DNA from: Rhynchobatus australiae
Taxonomy: Eukaryota
Direction of reading: 5' to 3'
Assembly (NCBI GenBank): GCA_034780895.1
Contig: JAUZTB010000072.1
Coordinates: 14,616,373 to 14,680,372, forward strand
DNA length: 64,000 nucleotides
Made by a program: the position numbers and the translations under genes. The notes beneath the pieces were generated by a model. The model did not search any database and was not told the origin of the DNA. It worked only from the letters and a program-made list of their open reading frames with translations. Shown here in pieces: positions 52,181 through 64,000 of this stretch (the first letter of the stretch is position 1; each line of letters begins with the position of its first letter).

Positions 52181-52699
52181 ATATGAATATGTATGCCAAC
52201 TTAATTCAAACTGTTAAATCTCATAAATCAACAATGCAATCAAGATTAACCTGATTAGTTTAACAGTTTACAGCAGAAATTCTCTTAATTATAAGAAGGA
52301 TGCATTTTTAATCTAATGCAAGGCTTTTGTTTATTTCTTGAATAAATGTATTCCTGTAACCCTGACTTCACTATATTAAATGGTGCTGTTAAATAGTGCA
52401 AATGCCACTCACGCACAAAGCCCAACAAATGGCAATAAAATGAACATCCAGTCAATCTCTTCTTACTGACACAGGGTGATGGGAATTGGTCAGGACCCAG
52501 TAGTGCTCTCTGCTCTTTTTGTAATAGTTATCTTTTGAGCTTCACTGAAAACATAGTCCTGATAGGCTGAATGGTCTCCNNNNNNNNNNNNNNNNNNNNN
52601 NNNNNNNNNNNNNNNNNNNNNNNNNNNNNNNNNNNNNNNNNNNNNNNNNNNNNNNNNNNNNNNNNNNNNNNNNNNNNNNTCCTGTGCTGTAATGATTCA

Positions 52700-54110
52700 A
52701 TGACACATGGAATAATGTATGTATATTGTTTTAAGGCACAAAAACCCAATGGGGAAAAAGTGGTCCAGCTGTGGCTAATAAGAGGTTAGCATTAGATAAA
52801 AAGAAAAGACTTATAATGTTCCCAAAGAGAACAGTAAGCTTAAGGAATAGGAAAATTTCAGAATTCAGTACAGGAGAATAACCCAGGCAGGAATATCAAA
52901 TATATTGTAAATAATTCTACAAGTATGTAAAAACTGAAAAGATTAGTGAAAGTTAATGTGGATTCCTTAACAGACTGAGACAGGAGAAACTATACTGTGA
53001 AATAAGAAAATGGCAGAGAAGTTCAACAAGTATTTTGAATCTGTTTGAAGACACAGTAATCCTTCCAGAAATGATAGAGGGCAGGTCTAAAATGAATGAG
53101 AAGCTAAAAGAAATCAGCCCAAGTAAAAACAGCTTTGGAGAAATTAACAGGACTGAAACCAATATATCCCCCAGACCTGATGACTTGCATCCCATATTTT
53201 GGAGAAGTTAGTTATGGAGATAGTTGGTGTACTTTTTGTCTTCTTCCAAAAATACAAATTCTAGAATGGATCCCATGGTTTGTGACCCCATTATTCAAGA
53301 AATGAGAGAGAGAAAACAAGAGAACTATAGCCAGTTAGCAATGAGATCAGCAGTGAGGAAAAATGCTAGAGTCAATTCTGAAGGAAATAGTTGAAGGCAC
53401 TTTGAAAACTGAGCAGATTTAATGTAGATTTATGAAAGGCAAATCATGTTTGGATGAACCGTAAAGAGCTTTTCAAGCTTGTAACTAGTAGAATGGATAA
53501 GGGAAAACCAGTAGTTATTTCGTATTTGGACTTTGATAACAACAGATAATTATGCAAAATTACAACCCATAGCGTTGGAGGTAGTATACTGGCATGGATT
53601 GAGGGATAGTTAACGAAAAGAAAATAGTAGGAATAAATGGATCATTTTCAGATTGTGAACCTTTAGCTGAGGTGCNNNNNNNNNNNNNNNNNNNNNNNNN
53701 NNNNNNNNNNNNNNNNNNNNNNNNNNNNNNNNNNNNNNNNNNNNNNNNNNNNNNNNNNNNNNNNNNNNNNNNNNNNNNNNNNNNNNNNNNNNNNNNNNNN
53801 NNNNNNNNNNNNNNNNNNNNNNNNNNNNNNNNNNNNNNNNNNNNNNNNNNNNNNNNNNNNNNNNNNNNNNNNNNNNNNNNNNNNNNNNNNNNNNNNNNNN
53901 NNNNNNNNNNNNNNNNNNNNNNNNNNNNNNNNNNNNNNNNNNNNNNNNNNNNNNNNNNNNNNNNNNNNNNNNNNNNNNNNNNNNNNNNNNNNNNNNNNNN
54001 NNNNNNNNNNNNNNNNNNNNNNNNNNNNNNNNNNNNNNNNNNNNNNNNNNNNNNNNNNNNTTAAATACTAGAGCGCACAGCTTTAAGGTGGGAGGGGGAA
54101 AGTTTAAAGA
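52700..54110 (+). mobile_element. CR1 LINE RT relic spanning an N gap
   Basis: Decayed SPRPDDLHP, ENYSQLA, KGKSCL and YLDF motifs; the part after the gap has the CR1 3' tail actagagcgcacagctttaagg. Confidence 0.7.
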
Positions 54111-55109
54111 AGATTCCTTGTTACTGCACAGTAGTGTCAGCTTGGGTAACAAGCTCAGGTCCTGGAGTGGGATATGAACCCACAATACCCAATTCAAGCA
54201 GCAAGTGTCACCAACCAAACTACCATTGAACAGTGCCTAGAATAAATCTTACAATATCTACTTCTATTTAATATAATTGAATTACTTACCTTTTGAGAAA
54301 ATAAGTCCAGCATTATTAAAGGCCTTAGCAATTAGTGGTGGTGGTGGGGGGAGGGAATCAACCTAACACACAGCTGCTGGATTTCTGCTGGAACATGCAC
54401 CCACGCTGACATCAAGTGAGGATAAGATCACATCAGTTATGATGGTCCTGGACTCACATAAATAACAATGCCCCAGAGGATAGCTAATGCTGACGGTATC
54501 CATAACCTGAAAATACCAGGGCTTGCTGATCTATATGGCTCAGCATCAGACAGCAAGGTGATGACTTCTGCTCCAACAGATGGACACTGGTGTTCATATC
54601 GTTAATCAAGTTCCACAAATGAGTTCACCATAAATATTTAACATGAAGTTAGTTTAAAAACACTATAAGAATGATTCTCTTCGATCACCTCCATCTGATC
54701 TTCATTGCAATGCCTGTCACACCTCACACACTGCNNNNNNNNNNNNNNNNNNNNNNNNNNNNNNNNNNNNNNNNNNNNNNNNNNNNNNNNNNNNNNNNNN
54801 NNNNNNNNNNNNNNNNNNNNNNNNNNNNNNNNNNCACACTGCCCTGGGCTTATAGCATTCTTATAGTACCAGTTTACAATACTGAGGGTGACGTCATTTG
54901 CTTAGGATAAGCATTAAAAAAAATTTTCTGAAATATTTTCATTAATATGACGATTCCTGTTTCAGTCACCTGAAAGTTTATAGATGACTGAAAAGGAAAA
55001 GTAAGCTCAGCGGTTTAGGTAATCAGGATACTTTCTGATCGGAATAGATTAGTGCTGACTCAGGGTATCCTCAATATCTGCAAGAAGCACACCCAGTATT
55101 TACAATCAG

Positions 55110-55425
55110 AGTCATACAGACAAACAGCATGGAAACAGGCTCTTCTGCCCACCTAATCTGTGCTGACCATCAACTACCCATATTTGCACTAATGATACAG
55201 TAACCCATGTTATTCCCATTCCCATCAACTCTTCCCTTCACCTACACCACAAGGGGCAATCTACAGTGGCCAATTAACCTGTTAACCCATATACCTTTGG
55301 GATATGGAAGGAAACTGGAGCGCCCAGAGGAAACCCACGCAGACATGGTGAGAACACAAAAACACACACACAGCACCAGAGGATTGAACCCGAGTCACTG
55401 GAGCTGTGAGACAGCAGCGCCAATG
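55110..55425 (-). mobile_element. tRNA-derived SINE (HE1/V-SINE type)
   Basis: ggaaactggagcgcccagaggaaacccacgc...ggattgaacccgagtcactggagctgtgagacagcagc. Confidence 0.8.
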
Positions 55426-56059
55426 TGCCATTCCAATCTGAATACTTATTTCTTGTCTGTGATCTCAAGGAAATTTAATGTTTCAAACTGGTGGCTAGAG
55501 CTTTCTCATTGTATATTGACTCTTGTAGTTTAAAGCAGGAGATTTAAATAAAAGACATTTTTGTTTCTAATTGTGTTGACGTCTGCTTTATCTTCAACAT
55601 TCAGACTGTCTCCAAATCTAATTTCAATGCATGTGTATGTGAAAGCACATGCATAAATGAGAGAGGAACTGACAAGGCTGGCTTTAGTTCATCAGATGTC
55701 TAGCTAGTAAAAACATTTAGTTTATCAAGGTGGTAGCAATTCATGAGAATAATGATGAGAGGCCAGGATAGGGTAAGTAAAAAGGACCTATTTCTGTCAG
55801 CAGGGATGTCAGTAACTTGGGGGCATAGATTTTAGTTCACTGATAAAAAATTGAGAAGTTCTTTCTCTCAATGAGTGCCGGTGATTGGGAATTCCCTGCC
55901 TTAAAAGGCGGTGGATGCAGAAACCCTCAGAAAAATACCCAGATGACCACTTGGAGCCATGACCTGTGTGGATACAGTCCAAGAGCTGGGAAGTGGGATA
56001 TACAAAGTCCATTTTTGGCTGGCCTGAAACTGATGGACAGAATGGTCTCCTTTAGTGCT

Positions 56060-56220
56060 AATGTGAGGGTTGACACAGTGATAGACTTGAGCATCATCAG
56101 TGTACATGTGGAAGCTGAATGCAGGTTTCCAGATGATGTTGGCGAGAACAGTACATAAATGATGAAGAGGCGGTGGCTGTGGAATGCCTATGATGTGACA
56201 ACCAGACATACATAGCCAAT
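56060..56220 (-). mobile_element. L2-type LINE RT relic
   Basis: Minus ORF LANIIWKPAFSFHMYTDDAQVY resembles L2 FH.YADDTQLY. A similar LHTYADNTQ relic lies at about 19970-20000 (minus). Confidence 0.55.
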
Positions 56221-56714
56221 TGTACAGCTGTAGACAGAGTTCAAACAGCAGAGTCCACTTACAGTATAACACTTCTACAGGCAGAGATCGTAGGACTGCT
56301 CCTCTCAGTTAACAACTCAAACTGATTTCATTTAAAAAGCAACTTTATTCACTAACAAGTTTTCAGGAACAGAATGCTGCTTCCATGTACTAAAAAAGCT
56401 AGAATCTGTTCCCAAATTCACAATCATACTTGCACAAAACAGGCAGACAACTTTACTGCACAAGTTGCCAAGTTGTAAATCACTGCCTCTGCAAGCCAAT
56501 CCCCAGGGAGCTGTGACCTGGCTGCTGATTCAGACATGTTTGGCTCTATGATGAACATGAGGGAGTGACTTAATACCCCAGATATGGATACAAAATATAA
56601 CTGAACTATGTACCAGCACAAGTTCAACTCTGTCCCTAAACCATTAAAATCTTGAGCCCATTTCACATAATAACCAGTGGCAGGTGGGGCCAAATATATA
56701 GTCATAAAGTTGTA

Positions 56715-57300
56715 AAGCACATAAGCGGGCCCTTCAGCCCAACTTGTCTATGCTGACCATATGTCTATCAACACTAATCCCATTTGCTGTGTTGGGCCTG
56801 TACCTCTCTACTCCTTTTCTTACCTGTCCAAATGGCCTTTAAACACTTTAACCACCCTCTGTGTGGTAAAAGTTGCCCCCAGAACTCCTTTAAACTTCCC
56901 CCCTCTCACCTTAAAGCAATGCACTCTAGTTTTAGACTCCCCACCCCAGGAAAAAGTCTCTGTCTACCCTATCTATGCCCCTCATAATTCCATAAACCTC
57001 TCTAAGGTCACCCCTCAGCCTCTTATGTTCCAGTGAGAATAGACTCAGCCTATGAAATCTCTCCTTATCAGTAAAGCTCTCCATTCAAGGCAACATCCTG
57101 GTGAATGTCTTCTGCACTCTTTCTAATGCTACCACATCCTTCCTGTAGTGTGGGAATCAGAAATGTACACANNNNNNNNNNTTTGTACAGCTGCATACAA
57201 CATTCCAACTCTTATACTCAATGCCTTGGCTTATGAATGCAAGCATGCTAATTACTTTCTCACCTTATCCACCTGTGCTTCCATTTTGAACTTGCACCCA
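56715..57300 (-). mobile_element. CR1 LINE 3' fragment
   Basis: ggcccttcagcccaac...ctctcaccttaaagc...ggtcacccctcagcct...ggcaacatcctggtgaat. Confidence 0.75.
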
Positions 57301-60300
57301 ACGTCCATTTGTACATCAAGATATTTATTGTAAATGCCCTGTTAGGATTTCACTGAATTAAAGTCGGATCCAAGTTATACAAAGGAGGAAAAAAAATTCA
57401 AAGTAAAAAACGAGCTGCTGGAGGAACTGAGTCCAGGTGAATGGTCTCGACCCAAAAGGTCGACTGTCCATTTTCTTCTACAGATGCTGCCTGACCCACT
57501 GATTCCTTCAGCTGCTCATTTTTTTGCTCTAGATTCCAGCATCCACAGTCTTGTGTCTCCAAAGATCCAAAGTACATTGCCACTGTGTTACACCATGAAA
57601 AGGAATTCACTAAGAATTGTAGGAGGGTATTGAGAGAGTGAGACTAATGGGAGAAGGAGAGCATCACAATATGGCAAAGAGGATCCTAGTGCACAAGCAA
57701 AGAAGTGGCAGGCAAAGGGTGCTGCTATATTGGGTGAGGTTAACCATTGCAACAGGACGACAACGAGAAAAGAAAAGAGAGGGAAAGAGGGCACTGGGAA
57801 AGGAGCAGCTAAGAGTGTTTTTCATTTTATTTTGGATGGATTAATGGAAACACTGACTACACCAAGTGGTGAGATGGCTTTGCATTTTAATCAGAGGTTT
57901 CCAAATAATACTGCACTAGTCACGCACGAGTTATTGCACTGATGTGGCCACAGGAGATATTTGAGATAAATAACTTTCCCATATCCCATTACTGCAGTGC
58001 ATCATCAGTGTCACGATTCAACTTTGCGGGTCATCTTTCATAAATCAAGCAGCAATTTGCAACTTGATTTCTTGCCATTTTCCACAGCCTACATTTCTTT
58101 ACATCATGTATTACATGGAGAAGGATGGTGGCTGCATATGGAGGAGTTCCTTTGCTTCAGGGCTTGTTTTAAATCATTTTGGCTAAAGTCTGGAAATTAT
58201 GATCATCTCTGAGGATAAATAAGCCAACTCTATACAAGAGCTTCATAATACACTATTACATAAACAGCTAGAATATTTGTAGTTATAGTAATACACGACT
58301 GAATTAACGACTTTCACTTAAACACCCCAACGAACTTCACAGAAATACAGTCAATCAAAAATTAAAACCAATCCATGGAAGACATTAGGATGAAAAGACG
58401 CTTGTTTAAGAAGATGGATTGCAAGGAGGGTCTTCCAGGAAAAAAAAGTGAAATGGACAGCTGAAGTGATTTAGCATGGGATTTCCAAAACATATTAGTT
58501 GCTATTATGGCATGTATTATACCCCTAATTGCCAATTAGGAAGATTTTGGCTTGTCACATTAATAACAATGAAATTAACATGAGAAATAGCAGGAGGAGG
58601 ATGAAGCCTGTTCTGCCATTCATCAGATCACAGGCGATCTGGCTGCTGACTTCCTCTATCATGCTCCCTAATCCCGACACCCAGTGGAGATGGAAAACAT
58701 CGTGTCTGGCAGAACACTGCGAGTCTCATCTACAGGATCACCTATGCATTGACACTGCTGTGGAAGAGAGAGTGAGCAACCAACTTCAAATCTGGAGAAA
58801 CCATTGGCCATCTTGGCTGGACACCAAAGCAGATCCATGAGCAAGTTCTCCACCATACCCAAACTCTGTACTCAGGGTGAACATTCCTGTTTCTTTGAAT
58901 CTCTGAAGAGCAATTCTAGGTGTACTGTCATGTTCCTTTGCGTTTAGCATTGGAAACTTGATTCATTGAACAACTTGTTCACCAACGCAAACCACACTGG
59001 GCATCTGATTTGATATTTGCTTGTTCACTCATACAAACGGAGCTCCAAACTGTGGCCAGTTGCAGCCTAATAGCTTTCATCTTAGCTCCTACTTGACTTG
59101 CCATCTCATGCACCCCTGGACCTCCAGTCATGGCTGAGCAATNNNNNNNNNNNNNNNNNNNNNNNNNNNNNNNNNNNNNNNNNNNNNNNNNNNNNNNNNN
59201 NNNNNNNNNNNNNNNNNNNNNNNNNNNNNNNNNNNNNNNNNNCCCTGGACCTCCAGTCATGGCTGAGCAATGTCATCAGACCTGGGATCTGACAACTGAT
59301 TTGAAAAAGAAAATCTCACCAAATGTGATATACTGGTAAGACCACATTTGTTGCCCATCTCTCATTGCCTTGACCAAATGGAGGTCGGACATTTTCTTGA
59401 ATCACTTCTGCTAATGATATTCTATAAAATGTTAAGTAAGGAATTCCAAGATTTTGACCTAAGGAAAATGTAAGAATGGCAGCATATATCCAAATGGAAA
59501 AGATGTTCAAAATATTGTGAGGGTATCTCCAAGATGCCCTTATAACTTAGTGAATTGTTGCCTCATAGTGAGTACAAGACATTGCACTGATGGCAATGGG
59601 GTTAAATCTAGAGGCAGCAGCACCATTCAGGAAGCCATCTTGTTTCAATGATGTAAAGTATCGAGTGTTATTGCAGCTGAGTGTGGAGTACTTCATTTCA
59701 TTTCTGCCAACTCCTGCTAACCCATTGCTTCTGTTCTCAAGTGACATTTATTGGCTCTGAGTCAATCTGTGGAAGTGGGGTTTCTTAGCGAGGGTTAAAG
59801 AAATGATGGTACACAGGCTCAACCACAGACCGTTAAAGCATTTCACTTGGCCATTAATAATACACTGGCACGTAGTACAATGCCAGGAACAACAATCTGA
59901 TCAACAAGGAGGCTCCCACTAATAAAGAAACTATATTTTAAGTACAGATTCATGTCTATTCATTTCAAATTTTGTGCAAATCAATTTTAAGTGGACTAAA
60001 AATGGAATTTAAATTCCTAACAACTGGATTTGTATGTTTTAGATGATACATATGTGGAGTTCCTCTATACCTGGTGATAAAACAATGATGTCCCATGATA
60101 TAAATGACTGTTATTACAGTCCAAGGAGAAGGAGTAAAAGAATGATCTGTCAAAGAACAATTGGAACCATTTTGAAGAAACAAGAACTAAACTCCAAACA
60201 GGAACTAAACTCCAAACAGACTCTAGTCCAAACAGTAATCTTGCTTCAGTTTTAAGGAGTAAAGATCTGGAAATGATGATTAACATCCCAGAAAATCATA

Positions 60301-63300
60301 ACTTCAATGAAATCCAACAACATCTTTCCATTAAGCACGGATAAGGCTGTTCTGATGAGGATTTAAACTACATAGTGGGAGAGATCAGGTGAGGGGAAAT
60401 TCAGCAAGTTAAGGAGACAGGAGAAGACAGAGAGCAAAATGGGCAATGGCAGCCAAAGTCTGTCAGGACAGGGCTGACTTAACAGACTGTCAGACACAGA
60501 CTTAAGAGAACATCTCTAACTAGTATCAGGAAAGGGAATAAATGGGAACATTTTGGAATTCAATAAAAAGAATCAAGACTGTACACAGACTGTAAAGGCT
60601 TCCATAAGTATATAATTTGGAGAAGATTATCATTTGATAACATGGGTTGAGAGAGTAGTGAACTTTTAGAATTCTCTATCGAAGAGGGCTTTGGAGGATG
60701 ACAGCACAATCTTACTGAATGGCACAAAAGACATGAGGGGCTGAATAGCATATCCCTGCTTTTAGAAATCCCTTCTATCATTATGCCCTATATAATATTT
60801 AAATCTATATGTGGTTTTTAGAGCACAGTAAAGCTTTAACAGTATTAACTTGCTGTTTGATCACCTCAATTTCTCCCCACACCATGTTCTACCAACTGCA
60901 TTCCTTAGTAGACAGACCTATACNNNNNNNNNNNNNNNNNNNNNNNNNNNNNNNNNNNNNNNNTACAGGAAGCAATTTCACTATGAGAGGAGATCATCAC
61001 AGCAAAGCCCAATCCAATCCTGATCCAACATCCGTATATGGATATGTTTGAGGAAGGGTTACCTGGAGGGCATATGTTTCATTTCACATCAGTCAGCGTC
61101 CACTACTACAGAGCAGAAACATTAGATAGAATTCACGATCCCAATATCTGTCCAAAAACTTTTGCTGGAAAGCTAGTGTGTATTGAACAAGGACAATACT
61201 GGGTATGGCTGTGACTTCCTCCAGCTACACAGTACCCTAATAAACAAATTAAGAGAAGCAATTTGAATCATGTACCATGAATGATGGGTGGCCAGCAGCT
61301 AAGGAACCTAGCAACAGCCAGTGTTTGTGGGAAAGTCAAATAGAAATGCAAAAACTGGAAGAATAAAACTTTAATTTCCCAAATATAAACAAAAGCTAGT
61401 TGGCAAGCTAAAGCTCTGTACATCAAAACATGAAGCACTCCAAATGGATTGTATGTGCATTCTGCTCCATAATCTAAACTCCACAAATAACCAAAAGTCA
61501 TCACCATTTTCATCTTTGCCCTGCTTTTGATTATTATAAAATGTAACTGTTGGAGTGATCAAATGTTAATTATAATCAGAATCTTTACTGTATGGGAGCT
61601 AACACAGGCAGCTTCATTAACATTCACTGTGCATACTTAAATACTCATCAAAATTAATTCACCACCAAGCAGTTATAGAACTCACTATCAGATGTCTTTT
61701 CACAGCAACACCACGCACATCAGACTGATTACAATAACTGAAATTCATTCATCATTAAGCAGTTTTAAGACCCAAATTATGACCTTTAATGGTAACTCCA
61801 CGCAAATCACATTACAGTGAATGTTGCAGCTGTCATTCTATTCAGGCAGGAAAACAATTGCAATGTAAAACCAGTATCACTGAACTTAGGATGTCAAGTA
61901 TCTGTAAATAGAACACAGAAATAAAGGAACTTCTAATTCTTCAACAGATCTGTTTATATACACCACAGCTGGTCCATTCAGTATTTCTCCATAAATATGA
62001 ATTTACTCATGGACAGTCANNNNNNNNNNTAGATTTTACCAGACAGCTGTTAACTCTGTAGTCCAAGAGCCTCTATACTGACCTGAATGTAACTGTCTAG
62101 AATAAATAGATGTAACCTATCCAAGGAGTACATACAAATTACAGCAGGGGAAGCAGAGTATTTGGAACAACATGCAGGTGTCAGGATATATCTTCCATGC
62201 AAGCAAACAATCCTCATTATGGTTATGCACTTCATTGCCATAGGCATTCATCCACCTCTTAAGGGGGTTTATAAAGCCAGATANNNNNNNNNNGAAAATT
62301 GATTTTCAGTAACTAAGGAATCTGGACTTAGGGTCGCGGCCTAAAAGTTAGAATTGCAACTTAAATGAGTGAAGATAGGAAACACTTCTGCACAGTGGTT
62401 GCTAGAAGCTTGGAACTTACATTAATGGAAACTGATGCCAGATCAAATGATATATTTTTATTCAGAGATTGATTGATTGATTGATTTTTGTTAACCGTGG
62501 ACATTACGCTGGATCTTGTTGAAATGAGTTGGGAATCCCCACACATCTGCATTCACTGGACCTGGATCCAGAGGGCAAATCTCACTGGTCCATTGCACTC
62601 TTGAGCAGTGAGATCCAGATGGCAAAGATGCCTTGGGCGACAAATGCAGAGGACACCCCCCTCCCCCCTCCGCCCACCACCATGAAAGGCTTTGAAGAGA
62701 CAAAGCTTAGAGTTGAGCCTGGATTTGGCATTCAGGTCCTGTGATTATAGATAAATAGAGCAAACAATAATTGTCTAAATACCCTGTGATGTATCTGAAG
62801 CAGGTGGAAAGAATATGTATTTGTGATGTTTCCACCCATTTCAGATAGGAAATTTCACAACTGGCCGGGAATCTGAGTGGGATTGTAAATGACTTCCAGT
62901 TTATTTCACAATCCATTATATCCACGTGGTTCTGAAACCGGGGAGGAATGATCACACAAACTAGTCACAATGACTCCCAAAGTTCAAAAGCTCTTGATGA
63001 TCCAACTAAAATATTAGAAATTGCAAGATTTTGTCAAAACCAGAAATTTAATTTTCTCCATACCATCATTTGAGGTATGGAAATATAGAAATTATGTCAC
63101 TGGTCTAGTAACATGGAGACCAGAACTAATGATCTGGAGGCACAAGTTTACAGCTGGGAAATTTAAATTCAGTTAACTAAATAAATCTGGAATAAAAAGT
63201 TATTATCAGTTATACTAACCATAAACTAACACACAGCTGGGAAGACCCAAATGATTCACCAGTATCCTTTCAGCCATCGTTATCAGCATTGGTATAGATG

Positions 63301-64000
63301 AAACACCAGACCCAACCCAATGTGGTTGACCCTTGAAGGCCTATTGAAGTGGTTGACCAAGCTGCTCAAGCTCAAGGATAATTCGGAGTAGGAATAAATT
63401 ATTTTCTTGCCAATGACAGCCACACCTCATGAATGAATTAAGAAACACAATTTTTTTGGAAAGAACCAGTGAAGTGGAAAGTAGTTGATTTTGGTTAAAT
63501 ACGTTCTGTTTGCTTTTAGTGATAATGCAATGTTAAGTAAGAGTCAGAGTGTTTTTATTTGTCAATTTATCTCCATCTGGCATGTCATTAAAGTAGGCTT
63601 TATGGCAAGCAGACTCAATATTACCGCAATGAAAGACACAAAGGTAAATAAGGGATGAAACCACTTGGGACAGAATATTCAGTTCGAAAATGTTAAACTA
63701 TTGACCAGTTAATCAGCATTGCTCACAAAAATTGCAGAATTGTTATATATAAAACCATCTTTACTACTTATTTCAAAACATCCTGTGTGGAGTGCATTTT
63801 AACTTCATCTGCCACAGAGTATCTTCTGGAAAAAAGCTGTTCTTAACCATCAGGAAGATATCACTTTCAAGGTCAGACTGTTATCATCTTTGAACCCAAC
63901 AAACAACTATAACACCATCCGTCACAGTAAGTGCAAAAAATCAAATCTACTGTAATTTCAGGGAACACTAGGCAAAAAAAAGCACAACATTAACCTCAGG

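Noticed and set aside
59113-59271. CRISPR-like repeated 29-mer ccctggacctccagtcatggctgagcaat
   Set aside because: Only two copies abutting a 100-N gap in a vertebrate genome; collapsed tandem repeat or artefact.
60181-60218. 18-bp tandem duplication (ca(a/g)gaactaaactccaaa twice)
   Set aside because: Ordinary local slippage with no sign of function.
51541-64000. Further upstream TMCO4 exons (GFSLGARVI motif) and additional RyR exons
   Set aside because: Searched by eye and not found; probably outside the window or in gaps, though small exons could be missed.

Overview
Vertebrate genomic DNA from a draft assembly with many N gaps. The repeat content (HE1/V-type SINEs, Deu-domain SINEs, CR1, Rex-Babar, RTE, L2, Penelope-like elements) suggests a cartilaginous fish; that assignment is inference. 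The window holds the conserved block NBL1(+) - HTR6(+) - TMCO4(-). NBL1/DAN has 3 coding exons, the 5-HT6 receptor has 3 coding exons (438 aa), and only the last three coding exons of TMCO4 were found. The most unusual feature is a single intact 241-nt ryanodine-receptor (RYR2-like) exon, with its own branch point, acceptor and donor. It lies antisense inside the 20-kb last TMCO4 intron, and no other RyR exon was seen. Other notable items: a 19/21 REST/NRSF (RE1) match in HTR6 intron 1, hammerhead-ribozyme-like cores in Penelope-derived repeats, and a CpG-rich RTE relic directly upstream of HTR6. All family and gene calls come from recognition by eye, not database searches, and repeat boundaries are approximate.
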